This document shows positions 1-12,429 of a DNA stretch of 64,000 nucleotides, one piece after another (within the stretch, counting starts at the first letter, position 1; each line of letters opens with the position of its first letter). The stretch comes from Callorhinchus milii. Lineage: Eukaryota. The stretch spans positions 30,630,001 to 30,694,000 of the forward strand of contig NW_024704742.1 in the NCBI RefSeq assembly GCF_018977255.1. The letters are read 5' to 3'. Below the pieces are notes generated by a model. The model had not been told where the DNA came from. It searched no databases and saw nothing but the letters and a program-made list of their open reading frames with translations. The translations under genes and the position numbers were made by a program.

Positions 1-276
1 TTACTGTGTATTTTGTGGTAGCCAAAGTGGTAGCCAATTGCGCACAGCAGTATCCCACAAGCAGTCGTTTTTTTGGGAGGCTTCCTACTCCCGTAAAGCA
101 ATCCACCAATCGATTAACAACCGGGTTCCTACTTCCTACTAGGTAAACAAAGGCGGATAGAGTAAGGAAACTTGCCTAAGGTTTTCCCCGCCTGGGAATT
201 GCCTAAGGCTTCACCCCCCCACGGGTCCTCTTACTTGCAAGGCGAGTGAGCTAACCACTACGATACAGGATTCCAC
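1..276 (-). mobile_element. tRNA-derived CORE/Deu SINE, long form (3' part outside window)
   Basis: Reverse complement starts GTGGAATCCTGTATCGTAGTGGTTAGC (tRNA head) and continues into the body shared with 33265-33667 and 25585-25950. Confidence 0.85.
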
Positions 277-1649
277 TATAATGTAAGTCAATTAGAATAG
301 GTCAAATGGAGATTGTTAAAGTTGACGAATAGGAGAGACTGAAGAGGAGAGACTGGCGAGAATGAAAGAACCTTGAATCGTCATACCTCCTTTTCAAATC
401 GCATCTACATAATCCTTACAATTGATACAGTGCTTTTCACATTGGGATGAGGTCTTGAAGCTCCTTACAGGATATGCCTTAAAATGCAGTCACCTTGTAT
501 TTTGTAGGTGAATGTACAGGCATATTGTATTTAATTTGCTTATATTGGTTATTTGTGATAATTATTACAGCAAGACAGACACTCTATTATTGTTTCATTT
601 GGGTTTGTTACAGTCAGATTGGGGTTTCATGCAGTCATACTGATTGGCTGAAAACATGCCATACTGCCCAATGTCAGTCCACTGAAACAGAAATGGTCCT
701 GATTTGTGCTGCACTTTGCGACCCTCAATGATATGATAAGGCGCTATGTCAAATGCAAGGATTATTATTATTTATCATTATTAATCAAAGTAATCTCTCT
801 ATACCCTACTGCAGTTTTGCTTCAAAATGTCTCACGAATATTAAATTCAACTGCAGTAATCTTCTGCTATAGTATAAACAAGTAGTTATATAAAAATATA
901 TTTACCAATATTGACATAAATGTACAAAGGATGCTGGATCACAGTTAAATAATCAAGCAATTTATGATTTATTAGTTAAAATAAATAGTGTTAACGGAGG
1001 TGTATATTTGTTTTAAGCAATCATTTCTGAAATAGCTTTTTGATCTTTGAGTGTGCCTATTTAACATCCTGCATCACAATTATTCCAAGCTATAAAAAAA
1101 ATCTGTAGGCATCACCTTGTGCTGAATGACAACTGTTCTGTACAGTATTAGGCATCTCTCATTATCTACTATGTTCCTGCAACACTGTTAACATATTCAC
1201 ATAGCAGGAGGGCTGGCTGAGCTCCGCAGGTAAACTATCTCTTATTCAGGCCAGAAATGGTCTCAGGGACACCGACACTATTATTAACTAACAGAACATT
1301 AGCAAATCTCTTTACGCTACTCTAAAGATCAACAAGATTGTGTTTGCAACTAAATAAATCGGTGTTCATAAGAAACATCTCTTTGGTATTCTCTACGTAT
1401 TGGTTTTACATTTGCCGTTCACAACTTTTAGATCCATGATTTTATCATGCGTTATTCAACATAATTTCCACACAGATGCACATTTATTATGAAACTACCT
1501 GCACAAGGATCATATACATCCATCCATCAATTATCATTGCCATGAAAATTTTAACCATCATCAGATCAGGCACCACCTTTTTAATAGAAATAACTAGCCG
1601 ACAGAAAAAAGCTTCACCATTATCTGTCTTCCTTCCCATTCCTGATCCT

Positions 1650-1970
1650 GGTCTGCCTAGCTCAGTTGGTATCACTCTCACTCCCAAGTCACAAGGTTGT
1701 CCACCACATCAAACCCCACATCGGGATTGAGAGCTCACAATTTAGGCCAACACTCCAATGCAGCGTGCTTCATGGTCCTTCAGTGAGACTTTAAATCAAG
1801 GTCCTTGTCTACCAGTTCAGTTTGCTGTTAATGATCCCATGGCAATATGCAGAAAGAAAAAAGTGCTTCTCTTGATTCTGGCCAACAATCCCTCAGCTAA
1901 AATTTGGTCATTCACTTCATTGCTGTTTGTGGAACATGGCAAATTAGCTGCTGCATTCATGAATAAATAC
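1650..1970 (+). mobile_element. Old DeuSINE (SacSINE1-like), degraded
   Basis: gctcagttggtatcactctc head, then gatcccatggca and ttgctgtttgtgg body motifs shared with 42679-43085. Confidence 0.7.
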
Positions 1971-3129
1971 ACAGAACCAGCACTATTCTGCTTATGCCAG
2001 GATTCTGCTCCCCAGTAACAGAAAGTAATGAAACTGTATTAGGAGATAGACTGATGTCAGCCTTCCTAGCAAAAGAGCTTCATCAGCTACGAAACCAGAG
2101 TGTACATAAAGCCTTGGGAGAGATGGTGTGAAAAGATGGGAGGTATATACATATATATATTGAGTAAGAATAAGGGAAAATGGGTGGCTAGCAGATGTGA
2201 GATGTGGTCCTGTCAAATTGTTTTCCTTCTAATAAATGAGCAAGTAAGCGATGAGCAACTGTCCAACTACCTGCTGCGATAATACAACCAATTCCATGTT
2301 CATCTTAATATTCTGGTTTCAAAAGTATTCTCAATTTTTGATTTTCTAACACTATATGTATTCAAATACTTATCCCTAAGGCATTCATTGTTGTTTTGAG
2401 AAACACAAATCACTGTATAACTGCTTTACCACTCATGGGATGTAAAATTGTCTCACTAAGCAAGAAAAGATCTCATTACTCATCACAAATACTTTGGAAT
2501 AGATTCTATTTTACAATGGCCCAGTTTTTCTGAAATACAATAATGAGGAATGCACAGGAAAAAAATCACACAGAGGAATAGAAACGGTGAGTAAAAGAGA
2601 GCGCTACTACGAGAGACAAAAGACAAAGAAATGCAGGAGAAACGAAAATCAATGAAATGAACATTAAGGAGTCATAGTCAGCTCTACACATCCATAAATT
2701 AAAGCCAGGAAAGAGAATCCAATCCCAGCAAAAACAGTTGATGCTCTTGTGATTAAATTGCTTAAAGAGGAACTAGATATTTACTTTGAGCAGAGTATTG
2801 GAAGTCAGAGAACTAATAATCCTTACATGTCGTAAATCACCTTTCATGGCGGGAGGACGTCTCAAAGTACTTCAAGGTACATACTGTATTGCAAAGTTAC
2901 TGTCCATTGTGGTAGACAAATATGGCAGTCAATTTGCACACAGTGATGTCGCACTGGATAAATGGATAAATGTATGAGATGTGGAAATTCTCCACGATGG
3001 TTTGTTCACTGCTGGGGCAGGGGCAGAAGAAAGAATGGTAAATGTGGAGGAAGAGAGAAAAGTGGCAGATCTCCATTAAGGCTGACAATGAAAAGTGTAA
3101 TGAGATTGGAATGCAGCAATAAGTGTTAG

Positions 3130-3580
3130 AAATAGAAACTAAATGGTGTAATCTTACAGTATACAACCAAGGAGAAAAATCTAGGGATATATGTTAATTG
3201 CTATTCAAACCTTCAACACAATGTGCTGCAATGGCAGGCAGAGACTATACAAGATTTTAAGGGGCACAACTGGAGGGATAGAACATGAATAGCAGATAAT
3301 ATTAATAGGAATGGGCCAAGCACTGGTACTGGTACAGCACTGTCTACAGACTTGATCTGCCTTCATCCCATTGTGTGCAGATCTAGAAGTTGTTACAAAT
3401 TGACATCCTAGATTTGGATGAGCCAACACACCATAACTATATTAATAGCATTGGGCATCTGAGTTATGAGGAGAGCTTGCAGTAGATGAAAATGTGAAAC
3501 ATTGAAGTAAAGATGATTGAGGGTGATCTTATTGGAGTTTTTCAGATTCTATAAGGTTTAGACAAGTTAAGATTCGAAAA
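3130..3580 (+). mobile_element. CR1 LINE fragment, highly decayed
   Basis: Remnants of CR1 ORF2 C-terminal motifs (gagttatgaggagagc, gattgagggtgatcttattggagt). Confidence 0.55.
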
Positions 3581-4691
3581 TGTCTTCTTCAGTATGGTCA
3601 AGAGGTCATGGCCTCAGACTACGAAGTAGACAGTTTTGGTTTAATTATTTTTAAGGGGGTAATAATCTCTTCCAAAATACTAATAATAACTTGGTCACTG
3701 AATTTTGTGGGACAGTGCTGTGTGCAATTGGCTGCCGCGTTTCACCCACAAAATATACAGTCTATCCACTTTACGGTATATTCTGTGAAGCATTTTGAGA
3801 TGTTTCAAAAACGTGATAAGGCACTATATCAAATGCAAGGGTTATTATTTTTTTCAAAGGGGGCATTCTCTATTCGGAAAAGTTAGCTCAGGGAAGTGGC
3901 AGACTGATAACGCAATTGCCAGAGGTAACTGATTACTTTTTCTCACAGTGAAAAAGGGACAAAGGGCCGTGAGATCCTCAAATATGAATAAACCAGCCAG
4001 ATGAACTATAATGGGCTTTCATATCTTTCCTAATGGATATTCTGATGTTTTTGCTTTATTAGCATGTAGAATCCAAAATAAAGTAGATTTTTGTGTGGTC
4101 TGTGACAAAATAGACTTTAATGGGGACAAATAATCTTTTCTTATTCCATAATGTATGATCTTAATTAGAAGGAAGCATTTTAGGTGAGGTTTCACTTTCA
4201 CTCCGCCATCTACTGTGACTGCAGCCCTTTGAGTGTGAAAATTGACAATAACTGAAACAATGCAAATAATACATGAGAGCTACATTATCATACGAGAACA
4301 TGCTGCCATTATAGTCAGTAAAAGTGCCGAGTGGGTGTATTGTATAACGGATCGGTCATAGCATACAGTATTCCAACTACTGAATGAACTCTATGCTCCT
4401 CAAATCTGCAAATGAATCAGAAGTAGCAGATATGAAAATGAGTTTTGCATATTCCTCTTATGTATTGACCAGATTTAAAGTAGGCAACAAATAATGGCTA
4501 AAACACTAAGATTTTAACCTTTCATTTACACGTGTTCGGTACAATTTACATTTTCGCATCTCCACTATTATGTCACACAATTGTGATTTGGGAGTAAATT
4601 AAAACTTGAATACCTGTACACTACCCATTTAATGGGCAAATGCCTTATTGTCCAGCATAACTGTATCATTTTAGATGCAGGACATAATAAA

Positions 4692-4856
4692 GATAATAAT
4701 AATAATCCTTGCATTTGATATAGCGCTTTTCACGTCGGGAGGACGTCCCAAAGCGCTTCACAGAACACACTGTAAAGTGAATTGACTGTATATTTGTGGG
4801 CGAATGCGGCAGCCAATTGCGCACAGCAATGTCCCACAAGCAGTCGTAGATTGAAG
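4692..4856 (-). mobile_element. Young SINE, 5'-truncated, with L2-type loop in the 3' stem-loop
   Basis: Near-identical to the 3' half of 12793-13117, with a (TTA)n tail and ACGTC-CTCCC-GACGT hairpin. Confidence 0.9.
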
Positions 4857-5508
4857 ATACTTAAGATATTAATAATCATAAGTACACTACTTCAACAAAT
4901 AGCCTTTTACTTCACATACTTAATAAATTGTCTTTAATGGAATTATTTAGTCAAATGCATTATGAAAATACAGTAGATTTAAATGTTGCAATGCTTCTTT
5001 GTTTTGCAAATTTTAATGGTTTCAGTTGAAGTCAATGATAAAAAGCATTTTTATTGGATGTATTTTTGTCAATTTTGATACCTACAGATTAAACAAACTG
5101 GTCTGGTGCCAAACTATAAGCTAGCCAGATTGCTGCAATCTTGTGCTGTGAGTGAAGCTAAAGCACTAATAGTTTCTGCAGGCATCAATGGCATAGATAG
5201 TAATCATTCTTCATCCGCTCTACAAAATAAATATAATCAAATTAAATTGTGCAAAGTAGCATCAATGTACTGATACATACATAATTAAGAAGGGAATAGA
5301 AGGATATAGAAGAAGTCAATAGGAGGAGTGAGGGGTTTGTATGGAGCATAAACACCGGCACAGACTGGCTGAGCCAAATGGCCTGTTTCTGTGCCGTATT
5401 ACTCTTATGAAACTATTTAGAAGAAAATTCACCTGCACTACTCATGGCATTGCTTGTATAGTCACCCTGGCATATAATTTTTGTGCAACTTTTACGACAT
5501 TACACCCA

Positions 5509-5876
5509 TGGGGATAAATTCCACTTGGATCTAGATTTATCTTTATTTTCTTAGCATTTGAGTACGTCCAGAGTTTGATAAATTATTGAATCCAGTCTTT
5601 TTTGGGTACATACAGTTAAGGACCAATAAAGTCAATTCTCACTGTTAAACAACTATTTTTTTTCCCGAATTTAATTTTTAAAATCTGAATTCACTGACGT
5701 ATTTTGGTTTCCATCTCTGTGCACACTGCTGGAAACCCACCTGCCGACAATGTTGGATCCCGGGAATATACTCAAAAGCCAGAAATAGTAAGCCAAGTCA
5801 GTGGGTGTCCCAATGAGAGAGATAATCAGGATATTCCCAAATAAATAAATCCCAACTTTCATTGAATCTATCCCCA
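5509..5876. mobile_element. Possible MITE remnant
   Basis: tggggataaattc (5509-5521) and gaatctatcccca (5864-5876) match 12/13 as inverted termini; no clear TSD. Confidence 0.35.
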
Positions 5877-6364
5877 GGAAAGGAATGTTAACCCCCCCAA
5901 TTTTTTTCTGCTTGTTTGGATATAAAACTTGAAAAGGTACAAGTTTTTTTTTGAAAAACTAGCGATTTTTACATAAATTGCATAATACACCTACACACAC
6001 ACAGTAGAACAATAACAATTTTACATTTTTATAATGCCTTATACACTTGAATGCCATCTCAAACTGTTTCGCTAAGCTGATTGGGAGCCCATGATGGGGG
6101 TGGAGGGGAGCTGAGGAAGGTCTTCAAGTGGGCTTTACAGGTGGGGAAGAAAGATGGAGCGAATCTGGGATGGAGTCCCGGAGAGTGAAAGAGAATGGCT
6201 GAAAGATTGCCCACTGATGGTAGGGTAGGGTGGGGTGGGACCGGGGACATGAAGCAGAAGATAGAAGGTTTAGAAGGAAGCAGGCTAAGCGTGTATTGGG
6301 GTGGGGGGTGGGTGGTGGTCAGTTGAAACAAATTCCCTGCAGTCAGCACTTCCATTTTCGAGGC

Positions 6365-7168
6365 TGAATCAAGGCACTGGCAGAATTAGCATCCACGGAT
6401 GCACACTCCACCTCACCAAGCCAGTCAGGAACCTGAGCGTCTTGTTCAACCTTTAACTGTCCTTTCTCCGCCATATCTGTGCCATGAGCCACTCTGCCTT
6501 CCCCCACCTCTGCAACATTTCCCGACTCCGCCACTGCCTCACCCCTCAGGCACCCGAAACTCTCATACATCCATTCGTCATCTCAAGGCTCAACTACAGA
6601 AACTCTCTCGTTGTCGGTCTCCCCAACTCTTCCCTCCACAAGCTGCAGATCATCCAGAACTCTGCAGCTCATGTTCTCTCCCGCACAGGGCTCTGTGACC
6701 CCTTCACCCCCACCCTCGCCTGGCTTCACTGGCTCCCCATCCCTCAGAGGACAGAGTTCAAAATCCTCATCCTCGCTATCAAGACCCTCCATGGCCTTGC
6801 CCCCTCCTACCTCTCTGACCTGATAACCCCCCATCAACCTGCCTGCTCCCTCTGTTCAGTAAGCTCCGGCCTGCTCCATGTCTCCCTCTGACCTTCCTTA
6901 CCATCGGCAGCCATGCTTCCAGCCTTTCTGCCCCCACCCTTTGGAACTCCATCCCTCAATCCCTTTGCTTCCTCCATTGCCTCCTTCAAGGCACGACTCA
7001 AGACCCTCCTTTTCAACCATGCTTTCAGCCACCCTCCTACCTCTCCCTCATCCCATCCCTGCCCCACCACCACGCTCAGGTCCTGATCCCCAACTGTTCA
7101 GCACCTTGGGACGTCCTCCAAACATGAAAGGTGCTACACAAATGTAATTTTGTTGTTGTTGTTGTTGA
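6365..7168 (+). mobile_element. L2 LINE 3' fragment (family A)
   Basis: ORF 6484-6891 has L2 ORF2 C-terminal motifs (SRLNY..LQIIQNSAA..LHWLPI..FKIL); ends in gggacgtcctcc...aaatgtaattttgttgttg. Confidence 0.95.
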
Positions 7169-7319
7169 ACTCGCTCTGCTCTACATACACCCACCCACAG
7201 CTCAAGTCCCACATCACACAGTTCACTGTGAGTGTCTGGTGCACAGCCCACAAAGCCTTGGCGTAACGCAGAGATAATCGCACTACACAACAATTCAGTT
7301 GCTAACCATCCATCCTCAT

Positions 7320-7536
7320 TTATTGGTATAGAAAAAACAGTTTCTGGTTAGAAGAAATAAAGATTTTTTTTCCCTTCAGCTGACAAGTGCAATTTTGGGC
7401 TGTCGGGATGGTAATATTTTGGCCTGTTTTGTGATTTATATGATGTGGATTTGGCTCTGGTTTCTGATTATCTTCAGAAAACGGCTTGTTATGTATTTCT
7501 ACTTGACACAAAATGTCAGTTCTCACAAAAGGATTA
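7320..7536 (-). CDS. Speculative terminal coding exon of unidentified gene (NPFVRTDILCQVEIH...LFFLYQ*)
   Basis: Acceptor TTTTTATTTCATAG, open frame to TAA with overlapping AATAAA, and phase-2 compatible with 8303-8449. No homolog recognised. Confidence 0.2.
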
Positions 7537-8302
7537 CTATGAAATAAAAATGGAGATAATTATTCTCGTAAATCTAATTTTATGTTAATTTTTATATTTG
7601 TATAGATTATGGAGTGAAAATCATCGTCCAATGATTATAAAAATAATAATAAAAATAAAAATAATAATCCTTGCATTTGGTATTCGGTATTTCACATCAG
7701 GACGATGTCTCATAACAGTTTACAGGATTTACTGTAAAGTGCAGTGACTGTATGTTTGGTGGGCAAAATAATTACCACAGCTTCATAATTTCCACCCTTT
7801 TGATATTTCAGTCAGTGTCTGGCTGCAGGTGAATCCACAATCTCTTCTCCTCACTTTATCACTCCTTCCAATGAACTTCCTGCCTTAAGAATATATCATC
7901 GCCAGTTGCCAGGACATGAGCCAAACTCAACACACCCATGTCCAGACAGCCACTGAGATATGGGTAAGGAATTTTCAATTATGTGATAATATCATTCATA
8001 AAACGCTTCTGTTTACCTAGCAGTACATTGGAACCCACTTGTTAGTCGATTGGCAGATCGCTTTCTGGGTGTTATAATCCCTTCAACAATACGTTGTTCA
8101 CTCAATCCACGACTGTTTGTGGAAAACTGCTGTGCACAATCGCGCTATGCCCACAAAATATAGTCAATTCACAGAGACTACACCTCAACGAAAATTATCA
8201 CATCGCATTTTTCATCCCTGTTAACTTTCTGCAGTGTTTTGAATGTGACTTTCTAAGGCTTATGTTTCTGCTAAATAAAAAAAGTAGAAGAATCTTCCCT
8301 AC

Positions 8303-8449
8303 CGTTCTGAGTCCTTATTTGCAGGTGGGCTGAGCAAACACATTCCATAAATTATGTGAACTACATAATTCCTGTTTTCACCTGGTTCAGCAGAAAACCT
8401 AGTTTCTTTAGTTGACTGGCACCGAGCCAACAATGTTGCACAAACAGTC
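8303..8449 (-). CDS. Speculative 147-nt internal exon (TVCATLLARCQSTKETRF...KDSER)
   Basis: Acceptor TCTTTCTTCCTCTGTTACAATAG, donor ACG|GTAGGG, open in phase 2-2. The first ~22 nt resemble SINE body, so it may be coincidental. Confidence 0.25.
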
Positions 8450-8625
8450 CTATTGTAACAGAGGAAGAAAGACTTTCTTGTCTTTAAAGAAAAATATGGA
8501 ACAAATCGAGGTTAATCAACTTCATAACAAACTTAATTATAATGAAAGGATTTTTTTTCCCTGTGACTCAAGCAACAAGCTTCACAGTTTATAAATCTTG
8601 CCAGAACTAGCACAATGTATGGGCA

Positions 8626-8847
8626 AAAACAGAAGTCGCTGGGAACACTCAGCAGATCAGGCAGCATATATGGAGAAAGGAAAGTGAGCCAACATTTTGG
8701 GTCCACGACCCTTCGTCAGAACTGGCAATGCGGGTGCAGAGTCTCACTTTCCTTTCTCCATAGATGCTGCCTGACCTGCTGACTGTTCCCAGCGACTTCT
8801 GTTTTTGTTTCAGATTTCTAGCATCTGCAGTATTTTGCATTTTGACT
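8626..8847. mobile_element. Penelope-like element remnant: two inverted pLTR pieces with 11-bp TSD
   Basis: ATGTATGGGCA at 8615-8625 and 8848-8858. Inside are inverted copies of tagatgctgcctgacctgctga..gttcccagcgacttctgttttt. Confidence 0.9.
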
Positions 8848-9031
8848 ATGTATGGGCATTTGTATACACTGTGCATACATTAATTTATGTAAGGTACAGG
8901 TATAGGAATGTATAGGAACATCCAGTTTAAAAGGTACAAAATGGCAAGAACTCAAGTTATTCATGCGTTGCTCCAAAATTGCCATAATTGAAGTCGCAAG
9001 ATCTATTCAGTTTAATGCTCATTTTTCCATC

Positions 9032-9290
9032 GTGGAGTGCTGTAGCTCAGTGGTTAGAGCACTCGCCTTGCAAGTGAGAGGCCTAGGTTAGATTCCCAGC
9101 AAGACGAAACCTCGGGCAAGTTTCCTTGCTCCACACGCTTGATAATAATCCCTCAAGNAAAAAAATAATAAATTGGTCACTTCAATCCACGACTGTTTGT
9201 GAGACACTGTTGTTCGCAATTAGCTGCCACATTTCACCCACAAATATATAGTCAGACGTGAAAAGCGCTATACCAAATGCAAGGATATCA
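9032..9290 (+). mobile_element. Young tRNA-Ala-like SINE (internally deleted)
   Basis: gtggagtgctgtagctcagtggttagagcactcgccttgcaag head with A/B boxes, plus family body and tail. Confidence 0.9.
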
Positions 9291-10047
9291 TTTTTTATAT
9301 ATTAATGTCAGCAAGCCACTCGACTAAAAAGGACATTACAACCTAATCTGTTCCCTCCCTGTACAGTTACAGATGCACAAAACCAGTAGAGGGTAGAGGG
9401 ACAAGGTCCAGGANGTAGTAGCGCCCCCTACTACCCAGAAGGTTGGGAACAATTAAGCCTCCATATATAGCTCTGGCCAAAACCAGCAAACTAAGCATAA
9501 ACCAGGATTTGCCCCACTGAGCTCCAGGTTTGTAAACTGCAGCTCTATTCACTACCTCACCAAGCCTTTCCCTCCTCCCACCCTGCAACAGCATCTCAAT
9601 AGCAAAATAGACCTATCTGTCTTCCATCACCAACTATAGAACCCACTCAATAAAGATCTTAATTCATGCTATGTTTCCTGCTGATAGCAGCATTCCTAAT
9701 TGAACTCTCCAATTAAGAACTTATCCACTGGTTCATCTTCAGGGAAACTGAAGCAGAATCAATCTTCTCTTACAGTTACAACAGATACAGATTTGAACAG
9801 ATTTGTTCAAGAGATTGAAAAGGGATCAAAGTTTGGATGTCACTAGACTTGGTGGGAATATTTCAATACAACATGGTCACGATAGGAGCGGCTGCAGCAT
9901 TTTGTCTCTGTTCCCACCTGGATTAGGGATCCAGGTAACCCTCTCCAGCATTACAGCACAGCAGAAACTCTATATACTTCTGTAACAAAACCAGAAGTTG
10001 TTGGGAACAATCAGCAGATCAGGCAGCATCTATGCAGAAAGGAAAGT

Positions 10048-10087
10048 GAGTCAACGTTTCGGGTCCACAACCGTTCGTCAGAACTGG
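10048..10087 (-). ncRNA. Minimal type I hammerhead ribozyme motif in Penelope pLTR
   Basis: Reads AGTT-CTGACGA-ACGGTTGTGGACCC-GAAA-CGTT-GACT: intact CUGANGA/GAAA core, stem I AGTT/GACT, palindromic AACGTT, imperfect stem II. Confidence 0.6.
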
Positions 10088-10113
10088 GGCATGTTGGGTG
10101 GGCGAGGCTTTTA

Positions 10114-10874
10114 CTAAGCCAATCAGGAACCTGGGTATCTTGTTCGACCCTGAACTGTCCTTTCTCCCCCACATCCACTCCATGACCAGCACTACCTATC
10201 ACCATCTCTGCAACATTGCCAGACTCCGCCACTGCCTCACCCCTCAGGCTGTAGAAACCCTCACTCACGCATTCATCACATCAAGGCTCAATTACGGAAA
10301 CTCCCTCCTCATCAGCCTTCCCAACTCTTCCCTTCACAAGCTGCAGATCATCCAAAACTCTGCAGCTCGTGTACTCTCAAGCACCAGGCTCCATGACCCC
10401 ATCACTCCCACCCTCGCCCGACTCCACTGGCTCCCCATCCCCCAGAGGATCGAGTTCAAGATCCTCATCCTCACCTTTAAGGCCATCCATAGCCTTGCCC
10501 CCTCCTGCCTCTCTGACCTGCTGACTCCCTACCAACCTGCCCGCTCCCTCCGTTCATCGGGCACCAGCCTGCTCCATGTCTCCCGCCCGACCCGCCCTAT
10601 CATCGGTGGCCAGGCTTTCAGCCTCTCTGTCCCCACACTCTGGAACTCCATCCCACGGTTCCTTCACATCGCTTCCTCTCTTGCCTCCTTCAAGGCCGGT
10701 CTCACGACCCCCTTCTCTTCGACCGTGCCTTTGGTCTCCCTCCCACCTCTCTGCCTTCCCTCACCTCTACACCACCCCTCCCCAAAGCTCGGGCCCCGAC
10801 ACCTGACTGTTCAGCACTTTGGGACGTCCTCCCGATGTGAAAGGTGCTCTATAAATGTAATTATGTTGTTGTTG
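10114..10874 (+). mobile_element. L2 LINE 3' fragment (family A), relatively young, nested in Penelope
   Basis: 262-aa ORF with RNLGILFDPELSF..LHWLPI..GGQAFS motifs and a (TTG)n tail; Penelope sequence resumes on both sides. Confidence 0.95.
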
Positions 10875-11911
10875 TTTAAGGGCTAACAGAGAGGGGGGGT
10901 TGGAGGCAGGGCAAGGAAGACAAAGGAGAAAATGGGGTAGAGGGCAGGGGATGATGGGTTAAAGGGGTGTTAATGATGCAAACCAAAGAAAGGATTGCAA
11001 CAAAACAGGGGAATAGAGTTGTTAATACTGCAGAACAAAAGGGTGGGGGGGAAGATTGCAACAAAATAGGCAGCCCAGAGAGAAAAGGTATGTCTGGGAC
11101 CAAGATGATGTGGGTAATGGTCACAGAAGAGGGGGAAGGGGAAGGTGAGCTGTTATGGTCTGAAATTGTTGAAATCAATATTGAGGCCAGAGGGCTGTAA
11201 GGTCCCCAGCAGATAAATGAGGTGCTGTTCCACGAGCTTGCGCTGTGGGTCATTGAAACAGTGTAGGAGACCGTGGATGGAGAGGTGCGAGTGGGAGGGA
11301 GAGTTGAAGTGGCCTACAGTCTCCTATGCTGTCACCAATGAGTCGATCAGTCAGTCACCACATTCCTCTCCTCTGGAATTCCCTTCCAAAATCACTTAGC
11401 CTCGCTACTCCTCTCCCAGCTTTTAAAAAGACCTAAAAGACCTCGCTCTTTGACCATGTCTGTAATTATCTCTAAATGTATCTAATTTCTTGCTCGGTGT
11501 CCAGCGCTCCAATTGTTAAATTCTTTTGACATCTTTCACATCGTTGATACTAAACTGATGAAAGTTGTTGTTTGCCATTGTTAAGTGAACCTGCCAAAGT
11601 CCAGCGAGGTTCAGTATCTCCCCTCCACAAACTCGTCATGTTCGCTGATGGCCGCACACTGGCAACAACGATAATGCACATGAGCCAGCTTTTCGTCCTT
11701 CATAAACTCCAGCTCACAGAGAAATCAACAGACCCTCTCCACTCCTGCATCAGACTCTGGACTTGCATTGCCTCATTGCTTCCCATCCTCCCCAGAATCC
11801 AATGGGTCTCCAACGGACTGTCTTCCTGACCTCATCCAGACCTCCAAATCCCTTCATGCTCTTTCCCCAATCTGCCTCAGCAATCACTTCTAGTCCTCAT
11901 AGAGCTACAGT

Positions 11912-12210
11912 GCTTAGTGATCTGTAGCTCAGTGGTTAGAGCACTCGCCTCACAACCGGGAGACCTGGGTTCGATTCCCGGCAGGGCGAAACCTTCAGCG
12001 AGTTTCCTTATTCTACACGCCTGATAATAATCCTTCAAAAAAAACTTTAATCCACATCTGTTTGTGGGACACTGCTGTGCTCAGTTGACTATCACACTTT
12101 GCCCACAAATATACAGTTGATTCACTTTACAGTCTCTTCTGTGAAGCGCTTTGAGACGTCTAGAAGAAGTAAAAAGTAAAAAAGCACTGTATCAAATGCA
12201 AGCATTTATT
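11912..12210 (+). mobile_element. tRNA-derived SINE inserted in an old L2
   Basis: tgtagctcagtggttagagc...ggttcgattccc boxes and family body. Confidence 0.85.
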
Positions 12211-12429
12211 TCCTTGCCCATATCCTCTGCTCTTCCAACTCAGGTCTACTACTCGTTCCTCGCCCACTCCTCCCACCAGGCAGAAGCATCTCAATAAGAT
12301 ATTAGATTAATTTATTTTCTATCACCAACTATTGAGCTAATTCAACAAAGCTCTGAATTCATGCCAGGCTCCCCTCCGTGAAGAAGTTTTCCTCCTTGTC
12401 TTCATGTCTTCAAAGCCTCCTAAAATACA

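Larger units (their letters stand above)
9985..11317 (-). mobile_element. Penelope-like (Neptune-type) retroelement 3' part, interrupted by an L2
   Basis: 11317-11160 translates VGHFNSPSHSHLSIHGLLHCFNDPQRKLVEQHLIYLLGTLQPSGLNIDFNNFR (GIY-YIG C-terminus). The pLTR matches 21155-21410. Confidence 0.9.

Noticed and set aside
4203..4225. CTCF-like site ccgccatctactgtg
   Set aside because: A partial motif match alone is not supportable.
10098..10886. 262-aa ORF as a host gene (also 22372-23250, 40665-41303, 48444-49040)
   Set aside because: These are truncated L2 ORF2 remnants.
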